Shown here: positions 1 to 7,307 of the stretch, one piece after another
Layout of the letters: every line of letters starts with the position of its first letter
Numbering within the stretch: the first letter of the stretch is position 1
Source of the DNA: Arcobacteraceae bacterium
GTDB lineage: Bacteria; Campylobacterota; Campylobacteria; Campylobacterales; Arcobacteraceae
Assembly (NCBI GenBank): GCA_029934475.1
Contig: JAOZMC010000002.1
Span: forward strand, 27 to 64,026
Length of the DNA: 64,000 nt
Direction: 5' to 3'
Made by a program: the position numbers and the translations under genes
Notes under the pieces: model-generated
What the model saw: only the letters and a program-made list of their open reading frames with translations
Databases searched by the model: none
What the model was told of the DNA's origin: nothing

Positions 1-867
1 CCGTCTTTGAGAGGATTTTCTAGGACAAATCTGTTTTATATCAAAAAATTTTATGAATTTTACTCTACGGATTTAGTCCAACGGCGAGGTGGACTAAACC
101 AAAACAATAATACAGATCAAATAGTCCAACTAACAGTTGGACAAATAGATAGTATAATATTCCAAATACCTTGGCGACATAACATAGAGATATTAAATAA
201 AACAAAAACTATAAATGAAGCTATCTATTATGTCAAACAAACTATATCAAATAGTTGGAGCAAAGATATATTGGCATTAAATATCAAAACTGATTTATTT
301 AACAGAGATGGTAAAAGTATCAATAATTTTAAAAGCACATTGCCCAAACCACAGTCAGATTTAGCAGTTCAAACTATCAAAGATCCATATGTATTTGACT
401 TTTTGACATTTGACAAGCCGTTTGTAGAGAGAGATATAGAAAACAAACTTATAGACAATATCGCTAAGTTTTTGTTGGAGCTTGGCAAGGGGTTTGCATA
501 TGTAGGAAAACAATATCATATAGAGATCGCAAGTCGAGATTATTATTTGGATTTGCTGTTTTATCATATAGAACTGAAATGCTATGTTGTCATAGAGCTG
601 AAAAATCGTAAGTTTATACCAGAATTTGCAGGAAAGCTTAACTTTTATATATCAGCAGTGGATTCATTTTTGAAAAAAAAACACGACAACCAAACTATAG
701 GGATATTGTTGCGTAGAGACAAAAACAATATAGAAGCAGAATTTGCACTGAGAGATATAAATAAACCAATAGGTGTGAGCGAGTTTGAACTGACAGAAGT
801 TTTGCCAGATAATCTGAAAAGCAGTTTGCCTACTATACAGGAGATAGAAGAAAAATTAAATGTCTAA
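1..867 (+). CDS. PDDEXK nuclease domain protein, YhcG/DUF1016 family (5' partial, frame open to window edge)
   Basis: Frame is open from nt 1. Translation carries family hallmarks KDPYVFDFL and LELGKGFAYVGKQYHI, plus the PD-(D/E)xK core DLLFYH...VVIELK and TIGILL. Confidence 0.85.
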   Translation, partial: PSLRGFSRTNLFYIKKFYEFYSTDLVQRRGGLNQNNNTDQIVQLTVGQIDSIIFQIPWRHNIEILNKTKTINEAIYYVKQTISNSWSKDILALNIKTDLFNRDGKSINNFKSTLPKPQSDLAVQTIKDPYVFDFLTFDKPFVERDIENKLIDNIAKFLLELGKGFAYVGKQYHIEIASRDYYLDLLFYHIELKCYVVIELKNRKFIPEFAGKLNFYISAVDSFLKKKHDNQTIGILLRRDKNNIEAEFALRDINKPIGVSEFELTEVLPDNLKSSLPTIQEIEEKLNV

Positions 868-968
868 AAACCTAACAACAAAAAACACCACAGCCAATTT
901 TTAATCTTGACTCATTCCCAAGCTTGAGAGATTGTGAAATAACTACTTTTTCTACCTCGTACCCACCA

Positions 969-1111
969 TCCACGATGGCTATGCACACTTGACTAGCAAA
1001 TCACAATAAATATAAGATTATCTAAAGTTTGTAGCAGTTTGATATCTTTGTTTTGAAAACACATGATAGATTTATTTTATTTGGATACAATACTCAAAAC
1101 AACACAAAGGA
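969..1111 (+). repeat. Direct repeat copy 1 (143 nt): leader/promoter region ending in the RBS of the antitoxin gene
   Basis: By-eye alignment with 1626-1769 shows 2 substitutions and one 1-nt indel. Both copies end in AAAGGA a few nt before an ATG. Confidence 0.9.
1063..1091 (+). promoter_or_regulatory. Candidate promoter of the relBE-like pair (ATGATA-17 nt-TACAAT)
   Basis: TACAAT at 1086-1091 lies 27 nt upstream of ATG 1118. The -35-like hexamer is weak in this copy. Confidence 0.35.
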
Positions 1112-1117
1112 GCAAAT

Positions 1118-1345
1118 ATGAAACAAGCTGTCAGTGTAGAACTAGAGAAAGATGTCGTCCAGTATTTAGATGGATGTGCCAAAGAACTAAACAAAACCAG
1201 GACAAACTTGATAGAAAAAGCTATCGAGTATTATTTTGACAGGCTTGACGAGATAGTCAGTGACAAAAGGATAGATGATATAAAAAGCGGCAAGATAGAG
1301 CTGTATACACTAGAACAAGTAGCAAAAAAACTTGAGTTAAATTGA
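1118..1345 (+). CDS. Ribbon-helix-helix (CopG/RelB-like) type II antitoxin
   Basis: 75 aa. The N-terminal beta-strand/helix pattern (KQAVSVELEKDVVQYLD...NKTRTNLIEKAIEYY) is typical of RHH antitoxins. Its stop overlaps the toxin start (ATGA at 1342-1345), and the RBS AAAGGAG lies upstream. Confidence 0.7.
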   Translation: MKQAVSVELEKDVVQYLDGCAKELNKTRTNLIEKAIEYYFDRLDEIVSDKRIDDIKSGKIELYTLEQVAKKLELN

Positions 1346-1596
1346 TGTATGAAGTCATCGTACCGAAGCATGTTTTCAAAGAACTTTCCAGCACAAACAA
1401 AAAAGACCAACAGTTAATCTTTGACAAAATCAAAGAGTTGGAAAAAGGCAATTTTACAAACGACAAGCCACTCAAGGGCAAGCACAAAGGCAAGTTTAGA
1501 AAAAGAGCAGGCGACTACAGGATAGTGTATCTAAGACAAAACAACACACTCACTATAGCGGTGTTGAAAATAGCACACAGAAAAGGAGTTTATTAG
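1342..1596 (+). CDS. RelE/ParE-family type II toxin
   Basis: 84 aa. The C-terminal signature KFRKRAGDYRIVYLRQNNTLTIAVLKIAHRKGVY matches RelE/ParE/StbE toxins. The gene is translationally coupled to the upstream antitoxin. Confidence 0.8.
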   Translation: MMYEVIVPKHVFKELSSTNKKDQQLIFDKIKELEKGNFTNDKPLKGKHKGKFRKRAGDYRIVYLRQNNTLTIAVLKIAHRKGVY

Positions 1597-1625
1597 ATAG
1601 TTTTGTAAACTGGCTTGTGCCATCG

Positions 1626-1769
1626 TCCACGATGGCTATGCACACTTGACTAGCAAATCACAATAAATATAAGATTGTCTAAAGTTTGTAGCAGTTTGAT
1701 ATCTTTGTTTTTGAAAACACTTGATAGATTTATTTTATTTGGATACAATACTCAAAACAACACAAAGGA
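1626..1769 (+). repeat. Direct repeat copy 2 (144 nt)
   Basis: Near-identical to 969-1111. It starts right after the relE-like stop region and ends at the RBS of a 41-codon ORF. Confidence 0.9.
1721..1749 (+). promoter_or_regulatory. Candidate promoter (TTGATA-17 nt-TACAAT) inside repeat copy 2
   Basis: TTGATA at 1721-1726, a 17-nt spacer, then TACAAT at 1744-1749. ATG 1775 follows 26 nt downstream. Confidence 0.4.
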
Positions 1770-1774
1770 CACAC

Positions 1775-1900
1775 ATGCACACAATACAGCTAAAGATAGA
1801 CAACAGTATCTACGACAAGATTATGTTTTTTTTGGATAGTCTCAAACACAAAGGCATAGAGATAACCGAGACACAAACACTAGACGATGAGCAAAAGTAG
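1775..1900 (+). CDS. 41-aa orphan ORF in antitoxin position (MHTIQLKIDNSIYDKIMFFLDSLKHKGIEITETQTLDDEQK)
   Basis: Not in the ORF track because it is under 60 aa. It has the same leader and RBS as the relB-like gene, and no intact toxin gene follows. Confidence 0.3.
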   Translation: MHTIQLKIDNSIYDKIMFFLDSLKHKGIEITETQTLDDEQK

Positions 1901-2101
1901 CCGTGGCGATTGGACGAAGTCCAAACTTTCTATAAAACTAGCCGTGGCGATTTTTGCTTTAGCAAAAAAGTTTCTGTGAAAACAAGAGAATCGCTTTTTT
2001 GCGACAGCAAAAAATGTTTCCTGCAAAAAAGTTTCTATAAAAAGCAATACAAACATTAAGTACACACTCCCAAGCTGGAGCTTGGGAGCGAGGCAATAAG
2101 T

Positions 2102-2245
2102 ATGAATAAAAAGATATTTATAGATGCAAATATATTGTCTAGAAAAAATCATTGTGAGACAATAATATCAAATGACAAAAATTTTGTAGCAAAAGATATT
2201 TGGCTCACAAGTTCACAAGTTTTTTGCAAAGACCACGGGCTGTAG
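2102..2245 (+). pseudogene. Internally deleted PIN-domain (VapC-like) toxin remnant
   Basis: The 47-codon ORF MNKKIFIDANILSRKNHCETIISNDKNFVAKD... joins a PIN N-terminal motif (FIDANIL) directly to a PIN C-terminal motif (ISNDKNF). The roughly 80 aa normally between them are missing. Confidence 0.35.
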
Positions 2246-2427
2246 TGAAAGCAGAATACGACTTCACAAATGCCGAGTAAGGTAAGTTTTATAGACCTAT
2301 AGAGTAGTTGGATATACCAATATATTTAGACGATGAACTCAAGGTTTTTTTCATGAAAAAGATGAGCGAAAAGCTAAACGATTTTTCGTTAAATAATATT
2401 GTCAATCAACTGATCAAACAAGATTAG
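2245..2427 (+). pseudogene. Decayed antitoxin fragment (BrnA/CopG-like 'EYDF..GKFY' family) with two in-frame stops
   Basis: A single frame reads VKAEYDFTNAE*GKFYRPIE*LDIPIYLDDELKVFFMKKMSEKLNDFSLNNIVNQLIKQD*. It resembles the C-terminal half of antitoxins with the EYDFSKAxRGKFY...IxLDDDV...LINxxL pattern. The N-terminus is absent. Confidence 0.45.
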
Positions 2428-2484
2428 AGATCTCAAAAGATCTAGTGACCAAACTGTCAACAAATACTCTTTGGTTTTAGAAAG

Positions 2485-2859
2485 CTAGTCTTGTTTGTCT
2501 TTATTTTCAAGCTCTTTGGTTTCTTTGTCATCAAATACCTTTGTAAGTTTCGTAGCATCATGTGACTTTATCTTGTCATGGTGGCGCCTGAGTATTTTTG
2601 TCACTCTTTGCGATGCTGTCTCTACTGCTTTGTGGAGGCTTTGGTCTTTTTGTTTGACCACTATAGTGTCTAAGTTTGCTATATTTAAAACAAACTCAAA
2701 TGATATTTCCGATCTCTTGTGTGCCTCTTCTTTGGATACAATAGCACTGATAGATATGATATCTAGGTGAAATTTACCGAAACTTTTTGCTGTCTCTTCT
2801 ATAAATTTTCTCGTGTTTTCGTCTATGGTAACATGTCGTCCTACTATGGTTGTGTTCAT
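2485..2859 (-). CDS. hpf: Ribosome hibernation promoting factor / sigma-54 modulation protein family
   Basis: 124 aa. The opening MNTTIVGRHVTIDENTRKFIEE...KSFGKF...EFVLNI...VVKQKDQSLHKAVETASQRV is the typical HPF/RaiA fold signature. An AGGAG RBS lies 5-9 nt upstream. Confidence 0.85.
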   Translation of the reverse strand: MNTTIVGRHVTIDENTRKFIEETAKSFGKFHLDIISISAIVSKEEAHKRSEISFEFVLNIANLDTIVVKQKDQSLHKAVETASQRVTKILRRHHDKIKSHDATKLTKVFDDKETKELENKDKQD

Positions 2860-2922
2860 ACAATACTCCTAAAATTTTGACTATTTTATCATAACTTTAT
2901 AAATTTTAAGTATAATGCTATC

Positions 2923-5900
2923 ATGAAAGAGAAAATTTTACAATATATTGCCATAAAACCGCTCATCATAGACGGAGCTATGGGGACTATGCTCCAGCAG
3001 ATAGAGATAGACCAAAACCACTGGTATATAGATGGCAAGGCTTGTGAAGGTTGCAATGAACTATTAAATATCACAACCCCCAAAACGATAGAAAACATAC
3101 ATAGACAATACATACGAAGTGGGGCAAATCTCATCAAGACAAATACATTTGGTGTGTTGCCGTGGGTGCTAGATGACTATGGTTTAGCAGACAAAACCTA
3201 TGATATGGCATATAGCGGAGCCCAAATAGCCAAAGAAATCTGCGAAAAATACTACAAGATAGATGACCCAAAATATGCTCTAGGCACTATAGGTCCTGGC
3301 ACTAAGTTACCCTCGCTAGGACACATAAGCTACGATGAGATGTATCGTGGATACAGACAGACAGCCAAAGGACTAGCACAAGGCGGGGTGGATCTGTTTT
3401 TGCTCGAAACTTGTCAAGACCCTCTACAGATAAAGGCCGGCTTGCATGCTTTGCAAGACACAGCACCACATATACCTGTGATGGTATCGGTGACTATGGA
3501 GCTATCTGGGTCCATGCTCATAGGTACGACAGCACAGACTATAGCCACTATTTTAGAGCCGTTTGACATTCTATCGCTGGGGCTTAACTGTGGCACTGGA
3601 CCAAAAGAAACCACAAAACATATACAAAGTCTAGTAGACAACTGCAACTTTCCTATATCGGTGCATGCAAATGCTGGATTGCCTCAAAATATAGGCGGTG
3701 TATCGGTGTATCCTATGGGGGCAAAAGAGTTTGCCGATATTCAAAAAGAGTTTTTGGACTTTGACGGTGTGGCGATATTGGGTGGGTGCTGTGGCACGAC
3801 TCCTGCTCATATAGAAGCACTAGTGAATACTACAAAAGATATCAAGCCAAAACCTATCAAACAAACACAGACAAATATGATAGCATCGTTGTTTGCGACA
3901 AAACAGCTGAAGCCAAAAGATAGCTACCTAAAGATAGGTGAGAGAAGCAATGCCACTGGAAGCAGGGCATTTAAAGAGATATTGAAAAATGAAGATTTTG
4001 ATGGGACTTTGAGTATAGCTCAACAACAGACAAAAGATGGAGCCTGTGTGCTAGATGTGAGTGTAGGTTTCGCAGGACGAGACGAGACAGCAGATATGCA
4101 AAAGATTATATCTTTGTACAACCAAAAGATACAGCTACCACTTATGGCGGATTCTACTCAAGTGCCAGCACTAGAAATAGCACTCAAAAACATAGGTGGC
4201 AAACCTATACTCAACTCTGTAAATTTTGAAGATGGCGAAGAGAGATTTGATACTATTTGTAGCTTGGCAAAAAGATTTGGCACCGCCTTGGTGTGCTTGT
4301 GTATAGACGAGGAGAGTATGGCGAAAACTACAGACAAAAAGATAGAAGTAGCTACTAGAATATATGAAAGAGCGACAACCAAGCACGGTATATCACCACA
4401 GAACTTGATATTTGATATGCTGGTGTTTACTATAGGTAGTGGAGATGAACAGTATAGACGAGCTGGGATACAGACTATAGAAGCTATAAGAGAGTTTAGC
4501 CGACTTTTTCCTGATGTCAGCACTACTTTGGGATTGTCAAATATATCGTTTGGACTAGACAAAGATGCTAGAATATATCTAAACTCTGTCTATCTGCACC
4601 ACTGTATAAAAGCAGGGCTTAGCAGTGCTATAGTCAATATCAAACATATAATACCATACGACAAGATAGATGATGAAAAGAAAAAAGTGTGCGAAAACTT
4701 GATATTTGATGTGCGAACTAGTGGCGACCCACTTTTTATATTTATAGATTTTTTTGACAAAGCAGAAAAGATAGCACCTGCGACCAAAGATGAGCTTATA
4801 AGTTTGAGCGACAAAGAACAGATAATCCGGCTGCTAAAAGATGGCGACAAACCGGGACTTATAGCAAAAGCGGTCAAACTCAAAGAGAAAGTCCCACCAC
4901 AAACTATAGTAAACGAGTGGCTCATAGATGGTATGAAAGATATAGGTGAGTTGTTTGGGAGCGGACAGATGCAGCTACCTTTTGTGTTACAAAGTGCCGA
5001 GAGTATGAAAGCATGTGTAGAAGTGTTAAATCCATATTTGCCCAAAAAAACCACCGATACGAAAACTACACTAACCATAGGCACAGTCAAAGGCGATGTC
5101 CATGATGTAGGCAAAAATCTAGTAGATATTATCCTAAGCAACAACGGCTTTGATATACAAAATATAGGCATAAAAGTAGGTATAGATGAGTTTATCAAAC
5201 AACAAAAAGCTATAAATTCGGATGCTATAGGTATGAGCGGACTACTAGTCAAATCAACCAACGAGATGAGAGCAAACCTGATAGAACTAGAGCGACGAGG
5301 CATAACAGTGCCAGTGCTACTAGGTGGAGCGGCTCTCACAAAAGATTTTGTAGATGACTTTTGTCGTCCTATATATAGCGGAGCGGTCTATTATTGTCGT
5401 GATGCTTTCGATGGTGTGGTAGCTATGCAGAGGATACAAGCAGGTGGAGAGCTTGATGTATGGTTAGATGCAGACAAAAAAGCCACAGCAGTAGAAAAAC
5501 AGCTCAAAAAACCCAAACAGGTATTTGATACAAATATACACAAACCTGTATTGCTACAAAACGACCACGACTATGTAGCACCATTTTATGGATATCGTGA
5601 TTTCCACAAAGATTTTGACAGTAGCCTAGCATTTGACTGGATAGATAAGCGAGTGCTATATCGGCAAAGATGGGGCTACAAACGAGGCAAAAAAGACCGA
5701 CAAGAGTTTCTAAACTACGAAAAAGATATATTGAACCCACTATTTGATGGCTTAAAACAAGAGCTGATAGACAAAAATATTTTCAAGCCTGTAGCTATAT
5801 ATGGATATTTTCGTTGTCGTGCAGATGATGACCAACTAAATATATACGATGAAAATGGTGAAAATATAGCCGTGTTGAAGTTTCCACGACAAGCAGTAGC

Positions 5901-6351
5901 TCCGCATAGATGTGTGGCGGATTATTTTAAAAGTGACGAGCTAGATGTAGTGGCATTGACTTTTGCTAGTAGCGGGCTAAATATCACAGAGTATGAAAAC
6001 GGTATATACAAAGATGGAGAATTTAATAGATACTATCAGGTGCACGGTTTGGGTGTCCAGCTAGCCGAAGCTACAGCAGAGCTACTACACAAACAAATAC
6101 GCATAGAGCTAAATATCATCACAAACGAAAAAGATAGTTTAGACGATATCAAGACCAAAGGCTATCAAGGCTGTAGATATAGTCCGGGATATATGGCATG
6201 CCCAGACCTATCGCTAAACCAAACTATATTTGACCTACTAAGACCAGATAGATACGGTATGAGTTTGAGCGAAACATATCAAATGCACCCAGAACAAAGC
6301 ACATGTGCTATAGTATCACCAAATACACTGGCAAAATATTTCGCTATTTGA
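2923..6351 (+). CDS. metH: Cobalamin-dependent methionine synthase
   Basis: 1142 aa with homocysteine-binding (IIDGAMGT, GGCCGT), pterin-binding, B12-binding (GDVHDVGKN) and AdoMet activation domains in canonical order. Confidence 0.95.
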   Translation: MKEKILQYIAIKPLIIDGAMGTMLQQIEIDQNHWYIDGKACEGCNELLNITTPKTIENIHRQYIRSGANLIKTNTFGVLPWVLDDYGLADKTYDMAYSGAQIAKEICEKYYKIDDPKYALGTIGPGTKLPSLGHISYDEMYRGYRQTAKGLAQGGVDLFLLETCQDPLQIKAGLHALQDTAPHIPVMVSVTMELSGSMLIGTTAQTIATILEPFDILSLGLNCGTGPKETTKHIQSLVDNCNFPISVHANAGLPQNIGGVSVYPMGAKEFADIQKEFLDFDGVAILGGCCGTTPAHIEALVNTTKDIKPKPIKQTQTNMIASLFATKQLKPKDSYLKIGERSNATGSRAFKEILKNEDFDGTLSIAQQQTKDGACVLDVSVGFAGRDETADMQKIISLYNQKIQLPLMADSTQVPALEIALKNIGGKPILNSVNFEDGEERFDTICSLAKRFGTALVCLCIDEESMAKTTDKKIEVATRIYERATTKHGISPQNLIFDMLVFTIGSGDEQYRRAGIQTIEAIREFSRLFPDVSTTLGLSNISFGLDKDARIYLNSVYLHHCIKAGLSSAIVNIKHIIPYDKIDDEKKKVCENLIFDVRTSGDPLFIFIDFFDKAEKIAPATKDELISLSDKEQIIRLLKDGDKPGLIAKAVKLKEKVPPQTIVNEWLIDGMKDIGELFGSGQMQLPFVLQSAESMKACVEVLNPYLPKKTTDTKTTLTIGTVKGDVHDVGKNLVDIILSNNGFDIQNIGIKVGIDEFIKQQKAINSDAIGMSGLLVKSTNEMRANLIELERRGITVPVLLGGAALTKDFVDDFCRPIYSGAVYYCRDAFDGVVAMQRIQAGGELDVWLDADKKATAVEKQLKKPKQVFDTNIHKPVLLQNDHDYVAPFYGYRDFHKDFDSSLAFDWIDKRVLYRQRWGYKRGKKDRQEFLNYEKDILNPLFDGLKQELIDKNIFKPVAIYGYFRCRADDDQLNIYDENGENIAVLKFPRQAVAPHRCVADYFKSDELDVVALTFASSGLNITEYENGIYKDGEFNRYYQVHGLGVQLAEATAELLHKQIRIELNIITNEKDSLDDIKTKGYQGCRYSPGYMACPDLSLNQTIFDLLRPDRYGMSLSETYQMHPEQSTCAIVSPNTLAKYFAI

Positions 6352-6446
6352 TACATTAGCCTTAAATTTTCAAATTAGTTTGCAAACTAAAATAAAGTTT
6401 AAGAAAATTATGTTATAATCTGCTACATTTTAAAAAAGGAGATATT

Positions 6447-7034
6447 ATGAAAAATTTCATAAATATAAGTATAGTTGCGACTTTGTCGTTGTTTTTGTTA
6501 AGCGGGTGTGCGGATAAACCAAAAGAACCTACAAAAGAGGATTTTCGATGTAAGTGGCACGGAGTGTTGGCTCCAAAGTGGTCATGTAATCCACAAGCAA
6601 ACGGCTACATAGCAGAAGTAGGTATATCAAAACCAAATGCAGGCAATGATGTGTCATTTCAGAGGAGTGAAGCTCTAGCAGATGGCAGAGACAAACTAGC
6701 ATCGCAAGTTCGTATCAAAGTGGCAAATCTATTCAAGCAGTATAAAGGCACTACAGGTAGTGGCAAGGCTAGCACATTTGACAAGGCGACATCATCTGTG
6801 TCAAAACAGCTGACAAACGAAACTCTAAGCGGTTCTAAGTCGATAGAGATGTGGATACACCCTACGACAAAAGAGATGTATTTGCTAGTAGTTGTCAAGA
6901 CAGCAAAAGTCGGCAATAGTATGAAACAGGCTATCAAAACATCGTTTAAAAGCGAACAAGCTATGTATCAGAGATTTTTGGCTTCTCAAGCAAATGGTGA
7001 GTTAAACCGTGAGCTTGAAAAAGCAACTGAATAG
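6447..7034 (+). CDS. LPP20-family lipoprotein (Lpp20/FlgP-like)
   Basis: Signal peptide with lipobox LLSGC. The mature part resembles the LPP20 domain (AEVGISKP...SFQRSEALADGRDKLASQV). A GGAG RBS is present. Confidence 0.75.
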   Translation: MKNFINISIVATLSLFLLSGCADKPKEPTKEDFRCKWHGVLAPKWSCNPQANGYIAEVGISKPNAGNDVSFQRSEALADGRDKLASQVRIKVANLFKQYKGTTGSGKASTFDKATSSVSKQLTNETLSGSKSIEMWIHPTTKEMYLLVVVKTAKVGNSMKQAIKTSFKSEQAMYQRFLASQANGELNRELEKATE

Positions 7035-7044
7035 AGGACAAAAG

Positions 7045-7212
7045 ATGAAAAATATCATATATAGTATAGTAGCAGTAGTGTTAGTCGCTGGGTCATTTAA
7101 CGGGTGTGCTTCAAAACCACAGCCAAAAGACAACTCAAGAGACAAGCAGATGTATCAAGAGTTCAAAGCAGACCAAGCTGACAAAGCACTAGACAACGAG
7201 CTAAACAAATAA
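7045..7212 (+). CDS. Small lipoprotein (55 aa)
   Basis: MKNIIYSIVAVVLVAGSFNGC has a lipobox. I prefer ATG 7045 to the track start 7009, which overlaps the upstream gene and has no signal peptide at its N-terminus. Confidence 0.55.
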   Translation: MKNIIYSIVAVVLVAGSFNGCASKPQPKDNSRDKQMYQEFKADQADKALDNELNK

Positions 7213-7222
7213 AATTAGTGTT

Positions 7223-7246
7223 AAGACAAGACTTTTGTCTTGTCTT
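7223..7246 (+). terminator. Hairpin, candidate intrinsic terminator after the small lipoprotein gene
   Basis: Perfect 10-bp stem AAGACAAGAC/GTCTTGTCTT with a TTTT loop, 11 nt after the stop. The downstream T-tract is only modest. Confidence 0.5.
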
Positions 7247-7307
7247 GATATGTTTGTGCCATATAGACAACATAATATATCGGCGATAAACAACAAGGAA
7301 CAAAAAG

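Noticed and set aside
916-2076. TCCCAAGCT 9-mer on both flanks of the TA islet (916-924 and 2068-2076) as att-like direct repeats of a mobile element
   Set aside because: Nine bp is too short to be significant without comparative data. No integrase or transposase is present, and the right copy is part of a local hairpin. It is kept only as a note in the repeat finding.
6375-6390. 16-bp perfect palindrome TTAGTTTGCAAACTAA after metH as terminator or operator
   Set aside because: It has a short AT-rich stem, no U-tract and only a single occurrence. It could be a weak terminator, but nothing distinguishes it from chance in AT-rich DNA.
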